A DNA stretch of 64,000 nt from an uncultured Christensenellaceae bacterium (GTDB lineage: Bacteria; Bacillota; Clostridia; Christensenellales; UBA3700), in NCBI GenBank assembly GCA_910587685.1, contig CAJUMY010000003.1:64600-128599 (forward strand), in the 5' to 3' direction. This document shows, one piece after another, positions 21,124-30,337 of the stretch. Within the stretch, counting starts at the first letter, position 1. Each line of letters opens with the position of its first letter. The notes beneath the pieces were generated by a model that was not told the origin of the DNA, did no database searches, and worked only from the letters and a program-made list of their open reading frames with translations. The translations under genes were made by a program, and so were the position numbers.

Positions 21124-21852
21124 ATGTCTGATATCCGTATCAAGCGAGTGTTCATCATTATTATGATTTTGTTCTTTGCGTTCGCCGCGCTATTTATAGC
21201 GACGCTTTCGACGAACAACACGTTTAAGATATTTTTTACGAGCGAGATAGATAAGAACATCAAAGAAGATATTTATAATGTCGAAAACAAATACGTTTCC
21301 GGCGATTCAACGGTTTTTTTCGGAGATTCGATAACGGAAATGTACGATCTTGACAAATTCTATAAAGGTCATAACGTAGTCAATCGCGGTATAAGTTCCG
21401 AGACGAGCTACGAACTGCTCGACCGCTTGACCATGAACGTTATGTCTTTAGCTCCGAGACGCGTTATAATACTCGTCGGGACCAACGACATCGCGCATCA
21501 TTACACTAACAGCGAAATAGTGAACAATATCATGGAAATAGTCACGCATATACGATACTTTTCCGATACTACGGAGATAATCGTCGAGAGTATTCTCCCT
21601 GTAAACAATAGCGCTAATCTTCTTTCGAAATACGTTGTTAAGAACAGAACGAACGAGAACATCGACGCGATCAACCGAGAACTCGAACGCAACGCCCGTT
21701 ATTACGATTATACTTATATCGACACGGCGTCGACGCTGAAAGACGAGAACGGCAATTTGAAAAAAGACTTTACCGTCGACGGTCTTCACCTTTCGAAAGC
21801 GGGTTATTCCGCGCTTACCGATACGATAAAAGAACACGTACAGTTCGAATAA
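21124..21852 (+). CDS. SGNH/GDSL-family hydrolase with N-terminal membrane anchor
   Basis: Block I FFGDSITE, block III GTNDI, block V DGLHLS. Start moved to the ATG after AAGGAGA. Confidence 0.8.
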   Translation: MSDIRIKRVFIIIMILFFAFAALFIATLSTNNTFKIFFTSEIDKNIKEDIYNVENKYVSGDSTVFFGDSITEMYDLDKFYKGHNVVNRGISSETSYELLDRLTMNVMSLAPRRVIILVGTNDIAHHYTNSEIVNNIMEIVTHIRYFSDTTEIIVESILPVNNSANLLSKYVVKNRTNENIDAINRELERNARYYDYTYIDTASTLKDENGNLKKDFTVDGLHLSKAGYSALTDTIKEHVQFE

Positions 21853-21882
21853 ACTACAGCTTATAAAACAAAAGTTAAGAAT

Positions 21883-21920
21883 ACGGCAGAGCGTCTTACA
21901 CATCGCTCTGCCGTCTTTTA
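21883..21920. terminator. bidirectional intrinsic terminator
   Basis: ACGGCAGAGCG-10 nt loop-CGCTCTGCCGT. It is followed by a T-rich tract on both strands. Confidence 0.8.
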
Positions 21921-21951
21921 ATAATAACACAATTTCACAGTTTATCGCCCG

Positions 21952-22251
21952 AAAATAAATCGCTAATAAATTACGCTGCTCTCAAACAACCGGTTACATT
22001 TTGTAACCACTTCACTTGTTCCAGTATATTACTAAATTACACTACTCTCAAACAGCTGTCCGCATATTTCAGACGCTACCCATGTTCAAGTTTGTTATTA
22101 AATTACACTACTCTCAAACCCAACACGAATACGCCCCTTCAAAAGCCTAGTTCAAGTTTGTTTCTAAATTACACTACTCTCAAACCATATCGTAATATAT
22201 ATAAAAGTCTACTGAGTTCAAGTTTGTTTCTAAATTACACTACTCTCAAAC
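21952..22251 (-). CRISPR. 5-unit CRISPR mini-array (36-nt repeats, 30-nt spacers), type II-like repeat, no adjacent cas genes
   Basis: Repeats at 22216-22251 and 22150-22185 are identical. 22084-22119 has 2 mismatches, 22018-22053 has 4, and 21952-21987 keeps only 19/21 of one half. The four spacers are each exactly 30 nt and unrelated to one another. The decay gradient puts the leader at 22252-22350, so transcription is on the minus strand. Sense repeat: GTTTGAGAGTAGTGTAATTTAGAAACAAACTTGAAC. Confidence 0.75.
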
Positions 22252-22350
22252 CTCAAATAAATAAATTCAAGAGTATCACGTTTACTAGACGCGGTAATTT
22301 ATGTTTTATCATAGTTATTATGAGCTTTTATGATCGATCGCTTTTATATG

Positions 22351-25254
22351 TCACTGCTGACCGCAACACTTCTTATACTTTTTACCGCTGCCGCATGGAC
22401 ATGGGTCGTTAGGACCTATTTTAGGTTGACTTCTGACATAGGTCTCGACCTTCTCCGCTTTCTCCGGCTGACGCTTTACGTTCACGCGTCTCTTGCCTTT
22501 ACTTTCGCCCTCCGCAGCGCTTCTTTCATTAGTAGACGTCTCTTCCGCTCTCTGCGTGAAGGTCACTTCTTCGGAAATATTGCACTTCGCCAAGATAGTC
22601 GCCACACTGCTCCGTATATGCGAAACCATATCGTTATACATATCGGTTCCCTCTCTCTGGAACTCGATAAGAGGATCTTTGTTAGCAAACGCGCGAAGTC
22701 CTATGCCCTTTTCAAGCGCGTCCATACTATCCATATGATCTATCCATAGATTATCCATAGTATCGAGAAGTACTCCTCTCTCCACTCTGTCAAAGTCGAT
22801 GCCGACAGCCTTTAATCTCTCTACCTTCTCTTCGTACTGTCTTATTACCTCGTCTCTTACCGCATCGTGTATCTTACGCTTCGTTGCAAGCTCGTAGGTG
22901 ACGATACCTGTATTTTCGCTAAGAAGTTTAGACGCTATCGTCTCGTTGAAAACGTCGTAATCCCATTTTGAGCAGTCGACGGTATAGTCTACAAGATCGT
23001 TCACCAACTTATCGGCAAGCTCTTTCATCATATTGACGACCTTGTCGTGAACGTTGACCCCGTCTATTATCCTATTCCTTTCCGCGTATATTTCTCTTCT
23101 CTGCGCGTTGACGATCCCGTCATACTTGAGCACCGTCTTTCTGCTGAGGAAGTTACGTCCCTCGACCTTTTTCTGAGTAGCCTCTATCACTTTCGATACC
23201 ATCTGGCTCTTGACAAGATAGCCGGTGTCTTCTTCCGCGAAGATGCGGAATTTATCGATCATTCCCTTCTCGCCGAAATTCTTAAACATCTCGTCCTCAA
23301 GAGCGATATAGAATACCGAAGAACCGGGATCTCCCTGTCTTCCGCTACGTCCTCTAAGCTGATTGTCTATACGTCTCGCTTCGTGGCGTTCCGTACCGAT
23401 AATACGGAGACCGCCGAGCTTTATGACCTCTTCTTTATTTGCGTCTGTATCTTTCTTGTATTCGGCGTAAAGTTCGTTGTATTCGCCGCGTATCTTGAGA
23501 ATATTCTCGTCGTCCGTCTGAACGTGAGAATTTGCGACGGCTATATCCTCTTTTGCGTAGCCTTTTTCTAGCAGTCTTTGATTGGCAAGATGTTCCGGAT
23601 TCCCGCCGAGCATGATGTCGGTGCCTCGTCCTGCCATATTGGTAGCTATGGTGACGCTTCCTTTACGTCCCGCCTGAGCTATTATATCAGCCTCGCGCTC
23701 GTGATTTTTAGCGTTGAGAACCTCGTGCTTTATCCCTCTTACGTTTATTCTCTTATCCTCTTTGAGGATCATTCTCGTAACTGCCGCAAGTCTTTCTTCG
23801 TAGCCGTCTCTAACGCCCCAATCCTTTTCGTCGGTCTCTAAAAAGTACTGTATGAACTTATTCCTTTTAAGAGCATCCTTGACGTCGATACGCTCCAAAA
23901 GGCTCGAATACATTTCGCTCGAATCTACGTTGACCGTACCTATCAAAACAGGCTGTTCAAGCGCGTAACATACCGCTATGTCCTCCAGGATCGCATTTAC
24001 CTTGTTCTCTTCGCTGAGATAGATCTCATCGGCTTCGTCGAATCTTTCGATAGGTTTGTGCGTAGGTATCGTAAGTACCTCGATACCGTATATGTCCTTG
24101 AACTCGTCTTCTTCCGACTTTGCCGTACCTGTCATACCTGCGAGTTTATTGTACAATCTGAAGAAATTCTGATACGTTATCGTGGCGAGAGTCTTGTTCT
24201 CGACCTGTATCTCGACGCCCTCTTTAGCTTCGAGCGCTTGATGAAGACCGTTAGAATATCTTCTGCCCTCCAGCGTTCTTCCCGTGAACTCGTCGACTAT
24301 GATGACCTGTCCGTTATTGACGATGTAATCTTTATCGCGGCGCATCGCAAAACGCGCTTTGAGCGCATTGTTGATTTGGAAAAACGTATCTTGATTTTCG
24401 ATATCTCCGAGATTTTCGATTTTGAAGAATTCCTCGGCTTTTCTTGCGCCGCTCTCTTCAAGACGCACTGTTTTGTCCTTATTCTCCATCGCGTAATCGC
24501 TCTCGTCGAGCGTCTTTACGAAATCTTTCGCGGCAATATATATCTTCCTCTCGTCATCGTCGTTGGAATTATTTTTGCGTCCCGATATTATGAGCGGAGT
24601 ACGTGCTTCGTCGATAAGAATACTGTCCACCTCGTCGATAAGAGCGAACTCCAAAGGACGCTGTATCCTCTGTTCTTTCGATATTACCATATTGTCTCTT
24701 AGGTAATCGAACCCGAGCTCGGAATTCGTCGCGTAAGTAATGTCGGCAAGATAAGCCTTCTGCTTTTCGGCATGGCTCATACCGTTTACGGATATTCCGA
24801 CGGTAAGACCCAAAAATTTATATATCTTCCCCATCCACTCGGCGTCTCTTGCGGCAAGATAACTGTTGACCGTAACGACGTGAACGCCTTTACCCGTAAG
24901 AGCGTTGAGATACACGGGAAGCGTAGCGACGAGCGTCTTTCCTTCTCCCGTCATCATCTCTGCGATCCTTCCCTGATGAAGAGCGACGCCGCCTATGACC
25001 TGCTCGTAATAATGCATCATTCCGAGCGTTCTCCTCGACGCTTCGCGAACCGCGCTGAAAGCCTCGGGAAGCAGCGAATCGAGACTCTCTCCCTCGTTGC
25101 ATCTTGCCTTGAACTCCTCCGTCTTAGCCTTTAACGCGTTATCGTCCAAAGCCGCGTATTCTTCTTCGTACGCCATGACTTTATCGGCGATCTTCTTCAA
25201 TTTATCTATCTGTTTAGTATTCTGACTCGCAAAAATTTTGCTTAATATTCCCAT
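22351..25254 (-). CDS. secA: preprotein translocase ATPase SecA
   Basis: DEAD-like motor motifs (MMTGEGKT, DEVDSILIDEARTPLIIS, GRGTDI) and C-terminal zinc SEC-C motif CPCGSGKKYKKCCG. Start at the ATG after GGAGG (MGILSKIF...). Confidence 0.95.
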   Translation of the reverse strand: MGILSKIFASQNTKQIDKLKKIADKVMAYEEEYAALDDNALKAKTEEFKARCNEGESLDSLLPEAFSAVREASRRTLGMMHYYEQVIGGVALHQGRIAEMMTGEGKTLVATLPVYLNALTGKGVHVVTVNSYLAARDAEWMGKIYKFLGLTVGISVNGMSHAEKQKAYLADITYATNSELGFDYLRDNMVISKEQRIQRPLEFALIDEVDSILIDEARTPLIISGRKNNSNDDDERKIYIAAKDFVKTLDESDYAMENKDKTVRLEESGARKAEEFFKIENLGDIENQDTFFQINNALKARFAMRRDKDYIVNNGQVIIVDEFTGRTLEGRRYSNGLHQALEAKEGVEIQVENKTLATITYQNFFRLYNKLAGMTGTAKSEEDEFKDIYGIEVLTIPTHKPIERFDEADEIYLSEENKVNAILEDIAVCYALEQPVLIGTVNVDSSEMYSSLLERIDVKDALKRNKFIQYFLETDEKDWGVRDGYEERLAAVTRMILKEDKRINVRGIKHEVLNAKNHEREADIIAQAGRKGSVTIATNMAGRGTDIMLGGNPEHLANQRLLEKGYAKEDIAVANSHVQTDDENILKIRGEYNELYAEYKKDTDANKEEVIKLGGLRIIGTERHEARRIDNQLRGRSGRQGDPGSSVFYIALEDEMFKNFGEKGMIDKFRIFAEEDTGYLVKSQMVSKVIEATQKKVEGRNFLSRKTVLKYDGIVNAQRREIYAERNRIIDGVNVHDKVVNMMKELADKLVNDLVDYTVDCSKWDYDVFNETIASKLLSENTGIVTYELATKRKIHDAVRDEVIRQYEEKVERLKAVGIDFDRVERGVLLDTMDNLWIDHMDSMDALEKGIGLRAFANKDPLIEFQREGTDMYNDMVSHIRSSVATILAKCNISEEVTFTQRAEETSTNERSAAEGESKGKRRVNVKRQPEKAEKVETYVRSQPKIGPNDPCPCGSGKKYKKCCGQQ

Positions 25255-25389
25255 AACTACCTCCGCTCGCAAGAACGTTTTTACGTAAAATTTTCTATGA
25301 TATTATAATTCTTATATTCAAACAAAGACTTTTTAACGGACGAACGCGATCTCCGTCCGTCAGATAGTACGTCTTGGCTTTATTTTTTA

Positions 25390-25418
25390 ATTTTATAATA
25401 CTTACCAAATAATGTCAA
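25390..25418 (-). promoter_or_regulatory. candidate secA promoter
   Basis: Minus strand TTGACA-17 nt-TAAAAT, about 130 nt upstream of the secA ATG. Confidence 0.5.
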
Positions 25419-25578
25419 GCTATATCAAATTAAGAGCGGAGTTATACCTAAATTTTACCTGCAAAATCAAAAATATTCGACACAATAGCGAACAAACCGC
25501 ATACCGAAATGATTTTTCGTTCGTACTCGTGATTTTACTTATTAGTAAAAAAATTGATCGCGTAAAACGTTTTATCAA

Positions 25579-25610
25579 TAAAAAAACGGCGATATTCCTA
25601 AAACCGCCGT
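25579..25610 (-). terminator. intrinsic terminator after comFC
   Basis: ACGGCG...CGCCGT hairpin followed by a T7 run on the minus strand. Confidence 0.55.
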
Positions 25611-25675
25611 ATACAAATCTAAATCTAAAGATATTTCGTATCTTCATTTCAAAGTTCATAACTAAAGTTTCAAAT

Positions 25676-26437
25676 CTACCGCGATACGTCTTTCGTTACG
25701 CTTTCGATCTTATTTATCGGAGAAGCGAATACGAGCGCGCTCACTTCTTTAGCGACTTTTTTAAGCTCAAGACTCGCCGCGCTTGCGGTAGCTCCCGTTG
25801 TCAAAATGTCGTCTATCAAGAGAACTCTTTTACCCTTGATTAAGTCTTTATTTTTTCCGAGACTGAACGCGCCCTTGACGTTTTCTATTCTTTCTTTACC
25901 GCCGAACGCCTCTTGCGGCAAAAGTTCTTTCGTCTTCTCGAGAGCGCTCGCAACGTGATCTATGCCAAGCCTTTCGGCAACGACCTTCGCTATCTCTTCC
26001 GCCTGATTGAACGCTCTTTCCTTTCTTCGCTTTTTAGATATCGGCGCAGCGACCACAACGTCGGCTGACATTTCATAATAAAAGTAAGCGTCTACGTAAA
26101 ACTCCGCAAGATATTTAGCAACGTACTTTTTGCCGCCGAATTTCAAACCGTGAACGAGCTTCTTCGCTATGCCGTCGTATACGAACGACGACCGAGCAAT
26201 ATCGAACGCCTGATCGTAGTTTTGACACGTCAAACAGTATTTAGCCTCGTTATTCATCTTCTTTCCGCACTTTTGGCATATTCTATCGCCGCTCGGCTCG
26301 AGTTTTTCCCGACAGCTTTTGCAAATCCCGTATTTTGTTATGTCTCTCAGTTCTTCGTCGCACGCTATGCAGTTGAACTTATCCACAAAAACGGCGTCGA
26401 GAATACCTCCTACGAGCTTTTTTATCCCCTCTAACAT
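25676..26437 (-). CDS. comFC: ComF family protein (ComFC, phosphoribosyltransferase-like)
   Basis: 253 aa. N-terminal 4-Cys zinc-finger pattern (CIAC...CKSC...CQKC...CLTC) and C-terminal PRTase motif VLLIDDILTTGAT. Overlaps the recD2 stop. Confidence 0.8.
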   Translation of the reverse strand: MLEGIKKLVGGILDAVFVDKFNCIACDEELRDITKYGICKSCREKLEPSGDRICQKCGKKMNNEAKYCLTCQNYDQAFDIARSSFVYDGIAKKLVHGLKFGGKKYVAKYLAEFYVDAYFYYEMSADVVVAAPISKKRRKERAFNQAEEIAKVVAERLGIDHVASALEKTKELLPQEAFGGKERIENVKGAFSLGKNKDLIKGKRVLLIDDILTTGATASAASLELKKVAKEVSALVFASPINKIESVTKDVSR

Positions 26438-28668
26438 CTTCTCGAATTTTCCTCTATAATAAAATCTTTCAGCATACTGTACCGCTTCTGCGTATAATTG
26501 TTACGCACCATTTTCGCTACGTTATCCTTGTCTCCTATAAGGACGACCATTTCCTTTGCTCTCGTGACCGCCGTATACAGAAGGTTTCTCGTGAGTATCA
26601 TATAGTTGCCTGCCGTGACAGCTATTATCGCTATCGGGAACTCAGAGCCCTGCGACTTATGCACGCTTATCGCGTACGCCAACAACAGATCGTACGCGGC
26701 TTCGGAGTCGTACTTCGCGATACGCAGATCGTCAAACTCGACGGTAAGCGTAGTCTTGCCGTTATTCTTTTCGATACTTTTGATATATCCGATATCGCCG
26801 TTAAAGACTCCCACTCCAGATTCCGCCGTATCGCCCATATCATCGAGCTTTATCCACTCAAGATTGTAATTATTGACCGTATGAATTACTTTATCGCCTT
26901 CTCTCAATAAAAAGTTGCCTATATGTACCTCATTTTTTGATATATCGTGTGGATTTAACGTCTCTTGCAACATAACGTTGAGATGTTCGACGCCCGCTAT
27001 TCCCTTCTTCATCGGACACAGGACTTGAATATCTTTTGGATGTACCCCTTTGTATTTGGGAATACGTTCGGTGACCATACTTATCACTGCGTCGGCTATA
27101 TCCTTCGGAGAGCTCTTCATATCGAAAAAGAAATCTTTGCTCGAATTGTCTATCTTAGGCATCTCGCCTTTATTTATGCGGTGCGCGTTTTCGACGATGA
27201 GACTCTTGTCGTTCTCCTGTCTATATATTTGCGTCAGATAGCTGACGGGAACGATGCCGCCCGCGCCTATTATGTCCGCAAGAACGTTGCCCGCCCCGAC
27301 CGACGGCAACTGATCCTTATCTCCTACCATAATGAGCCTACCGCCGTTCTTGATCGACTTTATGAGCGCGTTAAACATATATTCGTCGCACATACTGACT
27401 TCGTCGACGATTATAACGTCGGAGGAAAGACGGAAGTTTTCGTTATACGTAAAATACCCCTTTCCGTCCTTAAAATCGAGATCGAGCATACGGTGAACGG
27501 TCTTGGCTTGCTCTCCGGTAGCTTCGCTAAGTCTCTTCGCGGCCCTTCCAGTAGGCGCGGCAAGCGATACGGTATATCCCTGCGACTTTAATATGCCGAT
27601 TATACACCTTATTATAGTGGTCTTTCCCGTTCCGGGTCCGCCGGTTATTACGTTGACGCCCGCTCTTAAACAGTTCTTTATCGCAAGTTTTTGATTTTCG
27701 TGAAGAACTATATCGTTGATCCTCTCGTATTCCTTTATATCGCCGTCGATATCGAGCATTAACGGCGGCGTATGATTCATCATATAGACCAGCTTTGTCG
27801 CTATCGATTTTTCCGCTATATAATGCTTTGAAAGTATCACCGCCGTATATCCGTCTCTATCGATGAGCGTGACGCGTCCTATTATCTCGAGCTCGTCGAT
27901 CGCGCTGACGATAAGCTCTTCATACTCGTCTCTTTGAAGCTCCAAAATATCGAGACACTCGGCGATCAATATGTCTTTAGGCAGATGCGTATGTCCGTTC
28001 TTTACAACGACTTCGCTGAGAACGTAGCATATACCTGCCTTTATTCTGAACGCGCTGTCCTTTTCTATACCGAGACTCATCGCTATCTTATCGGCTTTCT
28101 TGAATCCTATCCCTTCTATGTCGTTGATGAGAATATAGGGATTTTCTTCGACCTTCTTGACAGCGTTCGCTCCGTACGCCTTATATATTTTAAGAGCTAC
28201 AGCAACGGATATTTCGTATGCGGAAAAGGCGACTATAACTTCCTGCATAGCTTTGTTGCCGGTAAAAGCGTCGCTTATCTGCATAGCTTTCTTTATATTG
28301 ATGCCCTTTAGCCTAGCGAGTAAAAGAGGTTCTTTTTCAATGACGTCGAAGGTTTTGTCGCCGAACGCTTCAACGATACTTGTCGCCAACACGTACCCTA
28401 CGCCTGAAAACAATTCGCTCGATAAAAATCTTATCATCCCCTCTTTGTTATTCGGCATTAGTTTCTTTACGGATCTTACAGCTATCTGTTCGCCGTACTT
28501 TGGATTCTCCTTTATTTCGCCGTCTATCTCAACGTTCTCGCCTTCGCTCATAGGCGGCATATTCCCGACTGCCGTATACAAAAAACCGTCAACGCTCACG
28601 TCTATGACGCTGTAACCGTTCTCTATATTCTGAAATATTACGCTCTCGACAGTACCGGAAAATTTCAT
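26431..28668 (-). CDS. recD2: SF1B ATP-dependent RecD-like DNA helicase (RecD2)
   Basis: 745 aa. Walker A GGPGTGKTT, DEVSM, and C-terminal helicase motifs (YAISVHKSQGSEF, TAVTRAK). Confidence 0.85.
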   Translation of the reverse strand: MKFSGTVESVIFQNIENGYSVIDVSVDGFLYTAVGNMPPMSEGENVEIDGEIKENPKYGEQIAVRSVKKLMPNNKEGMIRFLSSELFSGVGYVLATSIVEAFGDKTFDVIEKEPLLLARLKGINIKKAMQISDAFTGNKAMQEVIVAFSAYEISVAVALKIYKAYGANAVKKVEENPYILINDIEGIGFKKADKIAMSLGIEKDSAFRIKAGICYVLSEVVVKNGHTHLPKDILIAECLDILELQRDEYEELIVSAIDELEIIGRVTLIDRDGYTAVILSKHYIAEKSIATKLVYMMNHTPPLMLDIDGDIKEYERINDIVLHENQKLAIKNCLRAGVNVITGGPGTGKTTIIRCIIGILKSQGYTVSLAAPTGRAAKRLSEATGEQAKTVHRMLDLDFKDGKGYFTYNENFRLSSDVIIVDEVSMCDEYMFNALIKSIKNGGRLIMVGDKDQLPSVGAGNVLADIIGAGGIVPVSYLTQIYRQENDKSLIVENAHRINKGEMPKIDNSSKDFFFDMKSSPKDIADAVISMVTERIPKYKGVHPKDIQVLCPMKKGIAGVEHLNVMLQETLNPHDISKNEVHIGNFLLREGDKVIHTVNNYNLEWIKLDDMGDTAESGVGVFNGDIGYIKSIEKNNGKTTLTVEFDDLRIAKYDSEAAYDLLLAYAISVHKSQGSEFPIAIIAVTAGNYMILTRNLLYTAVTRAKEMVVLIGDKDNVAKMVRNNYTQKRYSMLKDFIIEENSRRC

Positions 28669-28880
28669 CTACGACTCCTTATCTAATAACTGAAAATAAT
28701 CTTGCAAAAACTCAGTTGCGACTTATTTTATAGTAACCGCTCTCAACTCATAACAAAAGTCTTATGACTGTTTCGTTATACTGAGATTCAACGCCGCATC
28801 GTTTTGATACAACACTTATTTAATATTGATTATACCACAAAAATACACCTTACTCAATGCAATATTGTCACAATGTTGAA

Positions 28881-28911
28881 ATAAAAAACGAAGGAAACTT
28901 TGCTCCTTCGT
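28881..28911 (-). terminator. intrinsic terminator after metK
   Basis: ACGAAGGA...TCCTTCGT hairpin followed by a T6 run on the minus strand. Confidence 0.7.
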
Positions 28912-28940
28912 CTTTTGGTACAAGTAATAGTTGATTGCCC

Positions 28941-30122
28941 TTACTTAATTAGCGCCTTTATTGCATCGACCTTATCGGTCTTCTCCCAACTGAAGCCTTC
29001 TCTTCCGAAATGTCCGTAGTTGGTTGTCTTTCTGAATATCGGCTTCCTTAGATCGAGCGCGTCTATTATAGCGCTGGGTCTCAAATCGAACACCTTGCCT
29101 ATTATCTCTTTTATCTTGTCGTTGCCGAGCTTGCTCGTTCCAAAGGTATTTACCTCGACCGATACGGGTTTTGCAACGCCTATAGCGTACGCGATATCGA
29201 CCTGACACTTATTCGCAATACCGCTCGCAACTATATTCTTAGCGACGTATCTAGCCATGTAGCACGCGCTTCTGTCTACCTTCGTCGGGTCCTTTCCGCT
29301 GAACGCTCCCCCGCCGTGCGGACAGTAACCGCCGTACGAGTCAACGATTATCTTACGTCCCGTAAGTCCGCTGTCCCCGTGCGGTCCGCCTATGACGAAA
29401 CGTCCCGTCGGATTGATATATATTTTGGTATTTTCATCGATAAGATCCTTGTCAATGACCTCTCTTATTACGAACTTCTCTATGTCGTGTCTTAACATAT
29501 CGGTATGCGCGCTGTCGGAATGTTGAGACGAAACGACTATCGCCTCTATCCTCGAAGGTTTGTCGTTCTCGTCATATTCGACAGTTACCTGCGCCTTACC
29601 GTCGGGACGAAGATAGGGAAGAGTTCCGTTCTTGCGGACTTCCGTAAGTCTCTTCGTCAGTTTATGCGCAAGATATATCGGCATAGGCATGAGCGAATCG
29701 GTCTCGTTTGTAGCATATCCGAATACCATACCTTGATCGCCTGCGCCTATTTCGTCATATTTATCCTTGCCGTCGCTATTCTCTTTGTTCTCGAGAGCGC
29801 TGTCAACGCCCATTGCAATGTCCGAAGACTGCCTATCAAGACTCACCACAATAGCGCAAGTATTGCCGTCGAATCCCATGCTTGCGTCGTTATAACCTAT
29901 ATCGAGTATGACATCTCTCGCGATCGACGGTATATCGAGAGTCGCCTTCGTCGTTATCTCGCCCATAATGAGAGCGAATCCTGTGCTGCAACACGTCTCG
30001 CATGCGACGCGGCTCATAGGATCTTCCTTTAGGCACGCGTCCAAAACTGCGTCCGAAATCTGATCGGATACTTTATCGGGATGTCCTTCCGTTACGCTTT
30101 CGCTTGTAAATAATCTCTTCAT
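28941..30122 (-). CDS. metK: S-adenosylmethionine synthase
   Basis: 393 aa. [28 protein letters not shown] signature motifs. Confidence 0.95.
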   Translation of the reverse strand: MKRLFTSESVTEGHPDKVSDQISDAVLDACLKEDPMSRVACETCCSTGFALIMGEITTKATLDIPSIARDVILDIGYNDASMGFDGNTCAIVVSLDRQSSDIAMGVDSALENKENSDGKDKYDEIGAGDQGMVFGYATNETDSLMPMPIYLAHKLTKRLTEVRKNGTLPYLRPDGKAQVTVEYDENDKPSRIEAIVVSSQHSDSAHTDMLRHDIEKFVIREVIDKDLIDENTKIYINPTGRFVIGGPHGDSGLTGRKIIVDSYGGYCPHGGGAFSGKDPTKVDRSACYMARYVAKNIVASGIANKCQVDIAYAIGVAKPVSVEVNTFGTSKLGNDKIKEIIGKVFDLRPSAIIDALDLRKPIFRKTTNYGHFGREGFSWEKTDKVDAIKALIK

Positions 30123-30277
30123 ATGTCCTCCGAAAAATATAGCTATCTTTTCTCGAAAGATAGCTATATGTAGCGATGTTTTCTATCTTCCAAGACAAAT
30201 ATCTTGCAGAATTTAGCACCTTGGATCAGGTTGCTGTGCCTTCCTCGGGTCTGTTCCCTCCGACACTCTAAATAGAA
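30123..30277 (-). promoter_or_regulatory. SAM-I (S-box) riboswitch with terminator expression platform
   Basis: Minus strand reads TTCTATTTAGAGTGTCGGAGGGAACAGACCCGAGGAAGGCACAGCAACC...GGTGCTAAATTCTGCAAG...GAAGATAGAA, matching the S-box core. It is followed by ATAGCTATCTTT-CGAG-AAAGATAGCTAT plus a T run directly before the metK SD. Confidence 0.85.
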
Positions 30278-30296
30278 TGGATATTCAGTTGTAGAC

Positions 30297-30317
30297 CGCG
30301 AAGCGTAACGCTTCGCG
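30297..30317 (-). terminator. 9-bp GC-rich hairpin after rpoC (weak or no U tract)
   Basis: CGCGAAGCG-TAA-CGCTTCGCG, 20 nt past the rpoC stop. No clear T run, so it may be a stabiliser or Rho-assisted stop. Confidence 0.35.
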
Positions 30318-30337
30318 ACGCATTTTAATATCGACTT

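Noticed and set aside
21952-22017. The idea that the leftmost degenerate unit (AAATTACGCTGCTCTCAAAC, both changes A->G so it could still G:U-pair with the crRNA repeat) plus the following GGTTAC-ATTTT-GTAACC hairpin is a + strand tracrRNA.
   Set aside because: The unit sits in exact 30-nt phase with the array, as expected for a decayed terminal repeat. No terminator follows before the next repeat, and there is no nexus-like element. It is worth an RNA-seq look but is not supported by sequence alone.
22092-22412. 106-aa + strand ORF with a threefold LNYTTLKP peptide repeat.
   Set aside because: It is an artefact of translating through the 36-nt CRISPR repeats. Its tail is antisense to the secA 3' end.
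25255-25675. A 421-bp gene-free gap upstream of secA, where many Firmicutes carry hpf/yvyD. The track ORFs 25412..25843 and 25420..25659 lie here.
   Set aside because: The gap is accounted for by a comFC terminator, a TTGACA-17-TAAAAT secA promoter and a 130-nt leader. The listed ORFs are low-complexity AT-rich translations without SD sequences.
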